Made by a program: the position numbers and the translations under genes | Notes under the pieces: model-generated | Database searches by the model: none | What the model saw: only the letters and a program-made list of their open reading frames with translations | Told to the model about the DNA's origin: nothing | In this document: positions 14,783 through 23,948 of the stretch, piece by piece | How positions within the stretch are numbered: position 1 is the first letter of the stretch | Layout: each line of letters starts with the position of its first letter | IMG/VR virus record: IMGVR_UViG_3300037067_027639 | Coordinates: 1-34,536 of that record | Length of the DNA stretch: 34,536 nucleotides | Strand: one strand, 5' to 3' | From: a virus

Positions 14783-16344
14783 GCATGGCCGCCCCCGCCC
14801 CCTCATCCCCCTGGGTGATCGTCGAGCTCCCGGAAGGTGCAGCGCAGGGGTTCCAGCCATACGGCGGCGGTCTCGCGCTCTGGAAATACAAAGGCCCTGA
14901 AGTCATCATCAGCGGCCCGGCCGAGACTGGCAAGACCCGCACGGCCCTGGAAAAACTCGACACGCTCCTTTGGAAATACCCGGGATCGCAGGCAATCATC
15001 GTCCGGAAAACCTACAAGAGCCTGAAGACTTCGGTGCTCCTGACCTACGAGCGCAAGGTCCTCGGGGCCTGGAACAAAGACGGCACCACCACGATCCGGG
15101 ACGACGCGGGGCGGGTCATCAAGACGCTCAAGGGGGCATTCGACCAGAGCAAAACCCCGGTCGTGAAACTCGGAGGGGAGCACGTTGAGGGATACGTGTA
15201 CCCGAACGGCAGCCGCATCTTCCTCGGGGGCATGGACGTACCGCAGAAGGTCCTCTCGTCCGAATGGGATTTCGTCTATGTCAACCAGGCGGAAGAGCTC
15301 GACCTCAACGATTGGGAAATCATCAGCACCAGGACCACGGGCCGGGCGGGAAACTCTCCTTATGCCCAGATGATAGCGGACTGCAACCCGGACCGCCCCA
15401 CCCACTGGATCCTCTCCCGCCCCACGCTCAAGGTAATCGAGAGCCGGCATGAAGACAATCCGACGCTGTTCAACCAGGTAACCGGGGCCATCACCGAGCA
15501 GGGCAAGCGCACACTGGCGGTCCTTGATGCACTCACGGGCGTCAGGAAACTCCGGCTCCGACACGGCAAATGGGTAGCTGCGGAAGGTGTCGTGTACGAA
15601 GACTGGGACCGGTCCATCCACCTCATTGACCCGTTCCCGATTCCGGACACCTGGATCCGCATTCGGGCGATCGACTTCGGGTATACCAACCCGTTCGTCT
15701 GTCAATGGTTGGCGATCGACGGCGACGGCCGGATCTATCTCTATCGGGAGATCTACATGAGCCGGCTTCTGGTGGAGGACGCAGCGGCACAGATCAACAC
15801 GCTGTCATGCGCAGGACCGTCAAAGGTAGCCGTCACATGCCCCGTGTGTGGCACCCCCAACAAACCCGGGGTTGACCATTGCGAGAACTGCGGTCAACCG
15901 TGGATGGAAGATATCTACGCGACAATCGCCGACCACGACGCAGAAGACAGGGCAACCCTTGAGCGGCACGGGATCCCCACCGTTGCTGCGATGAAGGCAG
16001 TTTCCCCGGGTATCCAGGCAGTCCAGTCCCGGCTCCGGAAAGCCGGTGATGGCAAGCCCCGCCTCTTCGTCTTTCGTGGTGCCCTTGTCGATGTGGACCC
16101 GACCCTCCGCGAGGCCCACAAACCGGTATGCACCGAGGAAGAATGGGACTCGTATATCTGGAGACCGACGACGAGCGGCCCGAACAAGGAAGAACCGCTC
16201 AAGAAAGACGATCACGGGATGGACACGCTCCGTTATGCGGTCGCGTTCGTCGATGGCGTGACGGCCGGAGACGAGACAACAGAAGAGACTGTGACGGTGT
16301 TTGACGATGACGGAAGCGGGTATGGCGGGATCAGTCCCGTATGA
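14779..16344 (+). CDS. terL: Terminase large subunit, 521 aa
   Basis: Walker A SGPAETGKT, Walker B region YVNQAEE, DCNP coupling motif, nuclease IDFGYTNP and DDHGMDTLRY. Confidence 0.95.
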   Translation: MSMAAPAPSSPWVIVELPEGAAQGFQPYGGGLALWKYKGPEVIISGPAETGKTRTALEKLDTLLWKYPGSQAIIVRKTYKSLKTSVLLTYERKVLGAWNKDGTTTIRDDAGRVIKTLKGAFDQSKTPVVKLGGEHVEGYVYPNGSRIFLGGMDVPQKVLSSEWDFVYVNQAEELDLNDWEIISTRTTGRAGNSPYAQMIADCNPDRPTHWILSRPTLKVIESRHEDNPTLFNQVTGAITEQGKRTLAVLDALTGVRKLRLRHGKWVAAEGVVYEDWDRSIHLIDPFPIPDTWIRIRAIDFGYTNPFVCQWLAIDGDGRIYLYREIYMSRLLVEDAAAQINTLSCAGPSKVAVTCPVCGTPNKPGVDHCENCGQPWMEDIYATIADHDAEDRATLERHGIPTVAAMKAVSPGIQAVQSRLRKAGDGKPRLFVFRGALVDVDPTLREAHKPVCTEEEWDSYIWRPTTSGPNKEEPLKKDDHGMDTLRYAVAFVDGVTAGDETTEETVTVFDDDGSGYGGISPV

Positions 16345-16385
16345 AATCCGGGCGAAATCTCCCGGCGAAATCACAAATCCGGGCA
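16343..16385. repeat. Short intergenic direct-repeat cluster (AAATC x4; AAATCCGGGC x2)
   Basis: gaaatccgggcgaaatctcccggcgaaatcacaaatccgggc read directly. Confidence 0.6.
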
Positions 16386-16405
16386 AGGATTGAAGGTATT
16401 TGACC

Positions 16406-16621
16406 ATGACAGGACACTTTGAAAACGGAAGATGGATTGAGGATCCGGCCCCCGCGAAGGCAGGCGCCGGGCAGATAGATATGCACGTTAAGGTGCATGT
16501 GGACGACAGCGAACTGCGGGAACTCCGCGAGGTGCTTGATGGCATCCGGGACGTAATGAGCCCCCCCACAACATTCTGGGGGCGGGTCCGATGGCTCCTG
16601 TTCGGGGGTGAAATACGATGA
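16406..16621 (+). CDS. Hypothetical protein, 71 aa
   Basis: Between TerL and portal; ATGA overlap with portal. Confidence 0.65.
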   Translation: MTGHFENGRWIEDPAPAKAGAGQIDMHVKVHVDDSELRELREVLDGIRDVMSPPTTFWGRVRWLLFGGEIR

Positions 16622-18474
16622 AACCCAACGTCGATGCACTCGTGAAGCAGGTCCAGAACCTGACCGAAGCGGTACAGATCAGCGAGCGCAACCAGGAATA
16701 CCTCCAGGAGAATCTCACGGTCCTGGAACAGCAGCTGACCGAACAAGGGTGGGAACGCATCGGATCCGGATATTCCCGCGACTTCACCGAACGGGCCCGC
16801 GTCAACCTGTATGACTCCGCCCGGATCTACTGGCTGAAGAACCCCCTGATCCGGAGGGCCGAGCTCGTCCAGGCGCTCTACGTCTTCGCGCAGGGCATGA
16901 CCGTCAAGGGCGACCATGAGACTGTCGATGCCGTAGTCCAGAAGTTCATTGCCGACCGGCAGAACTACAACGCCTTCACCGGGCACCAGGCGTGGATGAC
17001 CAACGAAGCGGTCCTCACGCTGTCAGGCAATCTCTTCTTCATCCTGTTCACGAACGAGAGCACGGGCCGGGTCATCGTCCGGCAGATCCCCCTCTACGAG
17101 ATCTCGGACATCATCACCGATCCGGAAGACAGCACGATGCCATGGTTTTACAAGAGAACCTACACCATCAACGAGTTCAACGCCCTGACCGGTATCGTCA
17201 CGCCAAAGTCCGCGATCGCCTACTATCCCGACTGGAGACACAACCCGAAAGACCGACCGGACACCATCGGAGGCAACCCGGTACACTGGGACGCCCCGGT
17301 CTACCACGTCAAGGTCAACTGCCTGCCGGACATGAAGTTCGGTGTCTCGGAAGTCTATAGCTGTCTCGATTGGGCGAAGGCATACAAGACGCACCTGGAG
17401 AACGGGAACAAGATCTGGCAGGCCCTCGCATCGTTCGCGTTCCGGATGACCACGAAAGGCGGGTCGAACGCAATCACAGCGGCAGCCTCGAAGATCAGGG
17501 GGCTCATCGGCAAACCAGACGGAACCACAACCACGCCCGACAAGCGGCCAGTGGCATCAACGTTCACCAGCGGGGAAAGCGTCAAGCTCGAACCGTTCAA
17601 GACATCCGGCATGACAATCAGCATGGAAGACGCCCGGGCCCATCGGCTCATGATCTGTTCGGGGTCTGGCATTCCCGACCACATCGAGAGCGGCGACCCG
17701 AGCACCGGCAACCTCGCCACGTCCACTACCATGGAGCGGCCGCTCGAACTCCAGTTCCTGAACCGTCAGCAGCTCTGGATCGATATCTGGCAGGACATCC
17801 TCGAATACGTCATCGATCAGGCTATCCGGGCACCGAAAGGGCCTCTGGAGGGCGAGGAAGAAATCGATGAGTATACTGATGAAGTCCGGTGGGTCCTCAA
17901 TGGAGAGGAGAACCCGGAGAATCCGGAAGACGGCACCGAACCAATACCCCGCACGATCACGATAGCATTCCCGCCGCTCCTGGAGCACGACCAGCTTCAG
18001 ACCGTGCAGGCCATCATCGCAGGAGCAACCGCGGACGGCAAACCTCTGGCGGGCACCATGGACCTCAAAACACTCACGCAGTTGATCTTCAAAGCGCTGA
18101 AAGTCCCGAACGCAGACGAGAAGATTGACGAGCTGTTCCCGGAGGGGTCAGGACTGGTCATGCAAACCGCTTTCACCACGCAGCAGCAGGCCAACGCAGC
18201 AGCGCAGGCCCTTGCCCTGGCACAGCAGCCACGGGCGCCCCCGTATCCTCCCTCTGACGAGGAAGAGTGGGGGTCGGTCAAGGGTAGGAACGTTGACGTA
18301 CCTGCAGGAGGAGTCCAGGAGGCCTTTGGTGGCGTGAGAGGGATACCATTCGACATTGAGAACTCGCAGGCATATCGGGAGAGCTCGGCCGCTCTGATCG
18401 CAGCCCGCAGGAAGTTCACAGACGCGATCATGAAAGGCATCGAAGAGCATTACCCGGTCGAGGAGGGATCCTGA
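16618..18474 (+). CDS. Portal protein, 618 aa
   Basis: Position after TerL; LSGNLFFIL..VRQIPLYEISDIITDP, HVKVN..FGVSEVYS..W..AYK, SGIPDH..GDPSTGNLATS portal-like motifs. Confidence 0.88.
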   Translation: MKPNVDALVKQVQNLTEAVQISERNQEYLQENLTVLEQQLTEQGWERIGSGYSRDFTERARVNLYDSARIYWLKNPLIRRAELVQALYVFAQGMTVKGDHETVDAVVQKFIADRQNYNAFTGHQAWMTNEAVLTLSGNLFFILFTNESTGRVIVRQIPLYEISDIITDPEDSTMPWFYKRTYTINEFNALTGIVTPKSAIAYYPDWRHNPKDRPDTIGGNPVHWDAPVYHVKVNCLPDMKFGVSEVYSCLDWAKAYKTHLENGNKIWQALASFAFRMTTKGGSNAITAAASKIRGLIGKPDGTTTTPDKRPVASTFTSGESVKLEPFKTSGMTISMEDARAHRLMICSGSGIPDHIESGDPSTGNLATSTTMERPLELQFLNRQQLWIDIWQDILEYVIDQAIRAPKGPLEGEEEIDEYTDEVRWVLNGEENPENPEDGTEPIPRTITIAFPPLLEHDQLQTVQAIIAGATADGKPLAGTMDLKTLTQLIFKALKVPNADEKIDELFPEGSGLVMQTAFTTQQQANAAAQALALAQQPRAPPYPPSDEEEWGSVKGRNVDVPAGGVQEAFGGVRGIPFDIENSQAYRESSAALIAARRKFTDAIMKGIEEHYPVEEGS

Positions 18475-18475
18475 A

Positions 18476-19105
18476 GTGGTCCCCCCGCCCGAAACCCTGG
18501 AGCGCATCATCGCGACCGCAGCGGAGACACTCAAGCAAGATAGCATCTCGGCCCTCACCCGGAACGCAGTGGTCGCATCGGTCGAGGGGCAGGAGCATGG
18601 GGCCGCCACGCTCGGGATCTCGCTGAACTTCAACCTCGTCAATTCCTACGCGGTCCAAAAAGCCGTCGAGTATCGGGACCTGCTCGTGAGAAAGGGCGGG
18701 TCCATGATTGGCGGAGAGTTCAAGCCCTGGTTGAAAGACGCGATCGCAGCGGACCGCAAGGCTATCACGGACATCGTCACCGATGCCATCAAAAACGGCA
18801 CACCCCGCAGGGACGTCCGCAAGCAGCTCGAAACGGTGTTCACAGCACAGGAGCACAACAGCGGTCTTGTCGCATACCAGGAGACCCGCCGGCTCCTGAC
18901 CGACGGCTCGTTCGACCGGTGGGAAGGCGAGGGAATACAGGAAGGGACCTGGATCCATCTGGACCCGCAGATCAACCCCCGGCCGGAGCACCAGGCCCGC
19001 CACGGCAGGAGGTATGCACTGACCGACCCGATCTGGAACGACCTCGACGAATACAACTGTCACTGTTCATGCGAGCCGGTGATCCCGGCAGCAGGGAGCG
19101 CATAA
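18476..19105 (+). CDS. Head morphogenesis protein (Mu gpF / SPP1 gp7-like), 209 aa
   Basis: Follows portal; W....D..PRPEHQARHG...NCHC motif. Confidence 0.8.
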   Translation: MVPPPETLERIIATAAETLKQDSISALTRNAVVASVEGQEHGAATLGISLNFNLVNSYAVQKAVEYRDLLVRKGGSMIGGEFKPWLKDAIAADRKAITDIVTDAIKNGTPRRDVRKQLETVFTAQEHNSGLVAYQETRRLLTDGSFDRWEGEGIQEGTWIHLDPQINPRPEHQARHGRRYALTDPIWNDLDEYNCHCSCEPVIPAAGSA

Positions 19106-19356
19106 TGGCAAAAGGCAACCCGACCGGCAATAAGGCAAGCCTCCCCTATCCTGCATTAAGCGAGGAGGAACAGATCCTGATCCTCCGGCTCGCCCGGTAC
19201 CGTGAATCATTCTCACACGAGGATATCGCCAGAACCCTGAACGATGTCTTCAAAGAGCACAACCATGGGTGCCGGACCAGGGACGGCGTCAAGAAGTTCA
19301 TCGCAAAAAAGGAGAAGGAGGTGCAGAGTGGGCCCGTGCAAGCCAAAGCCGCGTAA
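19105..19356 (+). CDS. Small HTH-like protein, 83 aa
   Basis: TAATG overlap; LSEEE..I..L...SHEDIARTLN..F..RT..GVKK. Confidence 0.65.
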   Translation: MAKGNPTGNKASLPYPALSEEEQILILRLARYRESFSHEDIARTLNDVFKEHNHGCRTRDGVKKFIAKKEKEVQSGPVQAKAA

Positions 19357-19365
19357 GTAACCCCC

Positions 19366-19373
19366 TTTTTTTT
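19366..19373 (+). terminator. Oligo-T terminator of the packaging operon
   Basis: T8 run 9 nt after the stop at 19356; archaeal terminators are oligo-T tracts. Confidence 0.6.
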
Positions 19374-19374
19374 A

Positions 19375-19518
19375 TCATTGCTTTTTCCGCAGGTCCTGCA
19401 GCTCGTCCAGGAGCCGGTTAAGGAGGCTATCATCACTCTCGCGACCCTTCCGCTCTTCATCGTATCGGGCCTTCGTGCCAGGGAACACTCGCATGCTGGA
19501 CGGTTTATCGGTACTCAT
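19375..19518 (-). CDS. Ribbon-helix-helix-like micro-protein, 47 aa (below ORF-track cutoff)
   Basis: Hand translation MSTDKPSSMRVFPGTKARYDEERKGRESDDSLLNRLLDELQDLRKKQ; matches the archaeal RHH pattern x[IM]xV..TK..L......ES.D..[IL].RL. Confidence 0.65.
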   Translation of the reverse strand: MSTDKPSSMRVFPGTKARYDEERKGRESDDSLLNRLLDELQDLRKKQ

Positions 19519-19527
19519 AAATTTATT

Positions 19528-19662
19528 TTAAATTTTGATAATATAAGGAACTACGCGCTCCCCATCACCGGCCATGTGCCGGGCGGATTCCTCAAGAGTG
19601 TAGATATCATCACGGATTTCACCGTCGCTGATAATCAGCCAGACCTTCTTCTCCATGCTCAT
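19528..19662 (-). CDS. Micro-protein, 44 aa (alternative start 19680, 50 aa)
   Basis: Hand translation MSMEKKVWLIISDGEIRDDIYTLEESARHMAGDGERVVPYIIKI; tandem with the RHH ORF, TATA-like element upstream. Confidence 0.55.
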   Translation of the reverse strand: MSMEKKVWLIISDGEIRDDIYTLEESARHMAGDGERVVPYIIKI

Positions 19663-19752
19663 ATATTCAGTATACGGCATATATGAAAGTGCTGGAATTC
19701 CGGGCCCTGTTTTTATCGAGCCCCTATAAGGAACTCAGTTACAAATATAGTA
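19663..19752. promoter_or_regulatory. Divergent promoter region (minus TTTCATATAT near 19678-19687; plus TTTTTATC 19710-17 and CCTATAAG 19723-30)
   Basis: AT-rich gap between divergent ATGs at 19662 and 19753 with TATA-like boxes on both strands. Confidence 0.45.
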
Positions 19753-21018
19753 ATGCCACAAGATCCGGGCCAGAATTCCACTATTCTCAACAGCAGCCGC
19801 CCGGCTCCGGCATTCGCTCACGACCGGCCGAACGACCACGTGATCAACGTATCCGAGTCCGACAAAGGACAGGAGTCTGGCAATGTGACAGATTTTGAAA
19901 CATTTGTTGAAGCGGCTACCGAAGGACAGCAGCCGAACTTCATTGACAAGAACGGCAATGCCCTGGTTAAAATCATCAAGCCGGGGTGGGGATCAAGCGG
20001 GTATTACAAGGAAGCCGCCCTTGAGCGTGACGGTCCGAAGGTCTACGCCTACGGCACCCACATGCACATGGATCACCCCACCGCCATTGATGAAAAGGCC
20101 CGCCCCGAACGGAGTCTGACCACGCTTGCCAGTGTCATCACGAACCCGGGGAAATACCTCAAGAACGGCCCGAAAGGGGAAGGCGTGTATGCAGAAGTGC
20201 ATGTCTTCAAGCCGTACCGCGAGGCCCTGAACGAGATGGCACCGTTTATCGGGCTCTCCCATCGTGCAATCGGGCAGGGGAAGACCGGAACCATCGAAGG
20301 TCGAACAGGAAAAATTATCGAATCGCTCCAGAAGTGCCTGTCGGTCGACTGGGTCACGCTCCCCGGCGCAGGGGGTAGCGTTGTGCAGATGATCGAGGCA
20401 TGGAGAATCGAACACGAACCGCCCGCAGACCACGAAACGATCATCGAAAACCAAGAGGAAATCATGGGAAACGACAAGGAAACCGTAATCACGGTAGAAT
20501 CGCTCCGCAAGACCAACCCCGGGCTCTTCACCGAGCTCAAGGAATCTGTCCTGCAGGAGATCCAGGCATCCGAGGCCCACAAGCAGAAAGAGGCCGATGC
20601 CGCGAAGGTCCTGAAAGAGAACCAGGACATGAAGGTTGAACTCGACCGGCTCCGAGAGGCCCAGGTCATCCAGGAGTCTGGCAAGATAGTGATTAAGGCC
20701 TTGGAGAAGTCCACGCTGCCGGAGATCACCAAGACCCGGCTCATCGAGACCGTCCCCCGGCTTGCCCGGATGAAAGACGGCAAGCTCGATGAAGCCGCAT
20801 TCACCGCAGCCGTCACCGAGGCCATCAAGACCGAGACCGACTACGTGGCAAAGCTCACCGAGTCCGGCAAGGTCAAGGGTATGGGCGGAGGGAATGGCGG
20901 ATCCGGAAACGGTGGTGCCTCAAAGCTCAAGGAATCGTTCATCAAGGCATTCCGCGGCCAGGGCAAATCCCAGAAGGACGCCGAGATGATGGCAGAAATT
21001 GCCGTCAACGGGAGGTAA
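19753..21018 (+). CDS. Capsid maturation protease/scaffold fusion, 421 aa
   Basis: IIKPGWGSSGYY, HMHMDHP, IGLSHRA, SVDWVTLPGAGG protease-like motifs followed by a coiled-coil scaffold region; upstream of capsid genes. Confidence 0.8.
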   Translation: MPQDPGQNSTILNSSRPAPAFAHDRPNDHVINVSESDKGQESGNVTDFETFVEAATEGQQPNFIDKNGNALVKIIKPGWGSSGYYKEAALERDGPKVYAYGTHMHMDHPTAIDEKARPERSLTTLASVITNPGKYLKNGPKGEGVYAEVHVFKPYREALNEMAPFIGLSHRAIGQGKTGTIEGRTGKIIESLQKCLSVDWVTLPGAGGSVVQMIEAWRIEHEPPADHETIIENQEEIMGNDKETVITVESLRKTNPGLFTELKESVLQEIQASEAHKQKEADAAKVLKENQDMKVELDRLREAQVIQESGKIVIKALEKSTLPEITKTRLIETVPRLARMKDGKLDEAAFTAAVTEAIKTETDYVAKLTESGKVKGMGGGNGGSGNGGASKLKESFIKAFRGQGKSQKDAEMMAEIAVNGR

Positions 21019-21024
21019 AGGATC

Positions 21025-21822
21025 ATGGCAACACAGTATCCAGCAACCGGCCGGGTGGCCGGAGAAGAGGGATCGATCAGTGATCAGGGTCGCTATGTGA
21101 CCTTTGTTGAGAGCGATCTCGTGCATCCAACCCACACGGACGGACTCGCGGACAAGGGAGACCCGGTCAACATCGGGAACATTGTCGGAGTGGTTGACTC
21201 AGCAAGTCCGACCGCAGCAACCGATCTCGTCACAGTAGACACCGAAGGTATCTGGTATCTCAATGTCGTCGCATCCGATGACGCGGGCACCAGCGCAGTG
21301 GTCCTTGGCGATCAGCTCTTCATCGCCTCTGGAATCATCAGCAAGAAAGCCGGTGGCATCCCGTTCGGCAAGGCGATGGGGGCACTCACCGGATCCGGAA
21401 CCGCGGCGCTCTGTGCCGTAAAGGTCCACCAGGAAGACCCCGTCACTTCACTCAGTGGCCGCAAGTTCACGGTCTCGATGCCATTCGCCGCAGCAGACGT
21501 CACTGCGGGCAAAGGATTCTTCATCGCACCTGCGGCCTGCAGGGTCGTATCAGCCTATGAGGCACACGGAACCGTTGCAGGGCAGGCCGGCACGCTCCAG
21601 ATCGAGAAGTGCAATACCGGCGAGGCAAAGACTGCCGGCGATGTGGTCCTTGCATCCGCATTTGATCTCACATCTACTATCAACACCCCTGTCTCGACGG
21701 CAGCTGTCGCAGATGGCAAAGAACTGCTTGTAGCAGGGGACCAGCTTCGGCTCAACCTCGCAAGCGGTGCCGCAACGAGCCTGGCAGACGCGGTCATCAC
21801 CGTACTGATGCAGTGGCTCTGA
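21025..21822 (+). CDS. Capsid decoration/cement protein (DUF2190-like N-terminus plus extra beta domain), 265 aa
   Basis: GDPVNIGNIVGV..TVDTEGIWYL..GDQLF..PFGKA pattern; between scaffold and MCP. Confidence 0.65.
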   Translation: MATQYPATGRVAGEEGSISDQGRYVTFVESDLVHPTHTDGLADKGDPVNIGNIVGVVDSASPTAATDLVTVDTEGIWYLNVVASDDAGTSAVVLGDQLFIASGIISKKAGGIPFGKAMGALTGSGTAALCAVKVHQEDPVTSLSGRKFTVSMPFAAADVTAGKGFFIAPAACRVVSAYEAHGTVAGQAGTLQIEKCNTGEAKTAGDVVLASAFDLTSTINTPVSTAAVADGKELLVAGDQLRLNLASGAATSLADAVITVLMQWL

Positions 21823-21832
21823 GGAGGACAAC

Positions 21833-22984
21833 ATGGCAGAATTTATGGAAATGATGAAGGAAGGATGGGAGGGTTTCTCATCCGTCCGTGAGGCAGGCAT
21901 TGACGAGTCCGCAATCTCGGAAGCGCTCGACCTGCTCACCAACGCGAACCGCATGCCGGCCCACCGGCACGAATACCTGGTCAAGGAAGCAATCGCAACG
22001 ACTGACTTCCCGACCCTGCTCGGCAACATCATCGATCGCCAGCTGATCGCCAACTACAAGCTCCCGAGCACCATCACCGAGTGGCGGCAGTACATCAAGG
22101 TCGCACCCGGCGGGGTTCCCGACTTCAACGATGTCGAACGCAACCGCGTCGATGGCGTGGACCAGCGCCTTCTCCCGGTATCGGACGGTGTATTCCAGCC
22201 GGCGAAACCGAGCACCACCCAGTACAAATATCACCTGAACACCTACGGGCGGGTCTTTGAGATCACCCGGAAGGCACTGATCAACGACGCCATGGGAGCC
22301 TTCGCGGACATCCCCACCCGGTTCGCCCGTGCAGCTCTCCGGACCGAGGCATACTTCGCCACCAACCTGTTCTGCACTGCATCCGGCCCGAGGTCCACGT
22401 TCTTCGGCGCATCCATCGTGGATGCCGGCCAGACCATCACCAACCTGGGAGCACTCCCGCTGACCATCGGCAACCTTGAGACCACGCTCACCCTGATGAG
22501 CCAGCAGGTTGACCCCCAGGGCGAGGCAATCGAGATCGAAGGCACCCACCTGGTTGTCCCTCCCGCGCTCTACCTGACGGCAAAGTCCATCCTGACCTCA
22601 ACGTCGAAATTCTACGTTGATGTCCAGGGCGGCGCCGGCGCGTCGATCGTGGCCTACCCGACCGCCAACGTCATCAGCGATCTCCCGATCGTGCTGCACA
22701 AGAACCCGACCCTGAAAACCATCGACGTCGGCGGCAAGGTTGACACCACCTGGTATCTCCTCGCAGACCCGGCAGAAGGTGCGGCAATGGAAGTCGGATT
22801 CCTCCGCGGCCAGGAATCCCCTGAGATCTGCATAAAGGCATCCGACAAGGCATCCACCAGCGGAGGCGTCATGTCTCCGTTCTCCGGGGACTTCGCGTCC
22901 GACAAGATCGCCTACCGCGTCCGCCACGACATGGGCGGCGCCACCATGGACCCGCGGCTTGCATACGCGCAGACAGGGTCGTAA
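21833..22984 (+). CDS. Major capsid protein (HK97 fold, Mu gpT-like), 383 aa
   Basis: ATTDFPTLLGN, TYGRVFEITRKALINDAMGAF, HLVVPPAL, WYLLADP, EVGFLRGQESP, YRVRHDMG. Confidence 0.92.
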   Translation: MAEFMEMMKEGWEGFSSVREAGIDESAISEALDLLTNANRMPAHRHEYLVKEAIATTDFPTLLGNIIDRQLIANYKLPSTITEWRQYIKVAPGGVPDFNDVERNRVDGVDQRLLPVSDGVFQPAKPSTTQYKYHLNTYGRVFEITRKALINDAMGAFADIPTRFARAALRTEAYFATNLFCTASGPRSTFFGASIVDAGQTITNLGALPLTIGNLETTLTLMSQQVDPQGEAIEIEGTHLVVPPALYLTAKSILTSTSKFYVDVQGGAGASIVAYPTANVISDLPIVLHKNPTLKTIDVGGKVDTTWYLLADPAEGAAMEVGFLRGQESPEICIKASDKASTSGGVMSPFSGDFASDKIAYRVRHDMGGATMDPRLAYAQTGS

Positions 22985-23012
22985 TCTCATCTCTTTTTGA
23001 CGGAGGGATGAG

Positions 23013-23165
23013 ATGGCAAACTGCAACGTAAGGACGTTCGAAGGGGCGACCGCGGCAGCCGACGCAGAGACGTTCATCGAGACACTGGAGGAGACCAAAC
23101 TCCTCGCTCTCACCAGCTGGACGGCTGCAAACGTACCTGCCATAATGGTCGTCTACAAGACGTGA
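23013..23165 (+). CDS. Micro-protein, 50 aa
   Basis: Hand translation MANCNVRTFEGATAAADAETFIETLEETKLLALTSWTAANVPAIMVVYKT; GGAGG upstream. Confidence 0.6.
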   Translation: MANCNVRTFEGATAAADAETFIETLEETKLLALTSWTAANVPAIMVVYKT

Positions 23166-23173
23166 GGTTCCTG

Positions 23174-23332
23174 ATGGATCTGACACCAGTGACGAGAGAG
23201 GAGGAATTCCTTCAGGCTATCCTGGAACAGCAACAGGAGACCAACCGCCTCCTGCGTGAGCTCGCACCGGCCAAACCCCGGGAGGAGATCCTGGAAGAAC
23301 CCGCACGCCCGCAGCACAAGGGGAAACGATGA
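23174..23332 (+). CDS. Micro-protein, 52 aa
   Basis: Hand translation MDLTPVTREEEFLQAILEQQQETNRLLRELAP...; GAGG upstream, ATGA overlap downstream. Confidence 0.6.
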   Translation: MDLTPVTREEEFLQAILEQQQETNRLLRELAPAKPREEILEEPARPQHKGKR

Positions 23333-23676
23333 CTCACACGTACGACCTCACAACCGCGATAGGGCAGGTCCGCCGCATCCTGGGCAAACTCGAAACGGTA
23401 TCCACTACCGCTCTCTTCACTGACGAAGAGATCACCCAGGAACTCACCGAGCAGGGCGACGTCGTCAAACTCGCGGCTGCAAACCTGCTCGACATCAAAG
23501 CCTCCTACATCTCCGAGAAGAAGAAGTCCACCACGATCGGGAAGTATTCGATCAACGGGCCGGCAATGGCTGCGGACCTCCGCAAACACGCCGAGATGCT
23601 GCGCCAGGAAGTCGAGAACGGCACCAGTGGAACGGCGTTTGACGTTGCCACCCTCGATGAGGAGTGTGAGTATTGA
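23329..23676 (+). CDS. Head-tail adaptor/connector, 115 aa
   Basis: Helical protein with LFTDEEI...AAANLL..IGKYSI pattern at the usual position after MCP. Confidence 0.65.
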   Translation: MTHTYDLTTAIGQVRRILGKLETVSTTALFTDEEITQELTEQGDVVKLAAANLLDIKASYISEKKKSTTIGKYSINGPAMAADLRKHAEMLRQEVENGTSGTAFDVATLDEECEY

Positions 23677-23948
23677 TGGCCCCCGAACCAGTGAACGAGA
23701 TCACCTGCACGGGCCATCAGGAACTCCGCGACATCGTCATCGAGACGCGGAATGACGTGAAGCACATCCTGAGAGCTCTGGAGAAAGGCGATCAGAGGAT
23801 GGACACCATGGACACCGAGATCACCACGCTGAAAGGCAAGGAGGAGGCCCGGACGGCCGAGTCCAGGACAACCGCCCGCGACGCCGGGATCGTTGCTACC
23901 GTGATCAGTATTGCGATCGGAGTTGTTGGGTTTATCTGGAGGGGCTGA
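23676..23948 (+). CDS. Coiled-coil protein with C-terminal transmembrane helix (holin/XhlA-like architecture), 90 aa
   Basis: TGATG overlaps at both ends; C-terminal GIVATVISIAIGVVGFIW. Confidence 0.6.
   Translation: MAPEPVNEITCTGHQELRDIVIETRNDVKHILRALEKGDQRMDTMDTEITTLKGKEEARTAESRTTARDAGIVATVISIAIGVVGFIWRG

Noticed and set aside
18200-18500. Portal and gpF as a frameshifted fusion
   Set aside because: gpF has its own GGAGG and GTG, and there is no slippery sequence at the junction
22986-23012. Imperfect hairpin with T5 after the capsid gene
   Set aside because: May be a partial terminator, but it overlaps the next ribosome-binding site and the evidence is too weak to call
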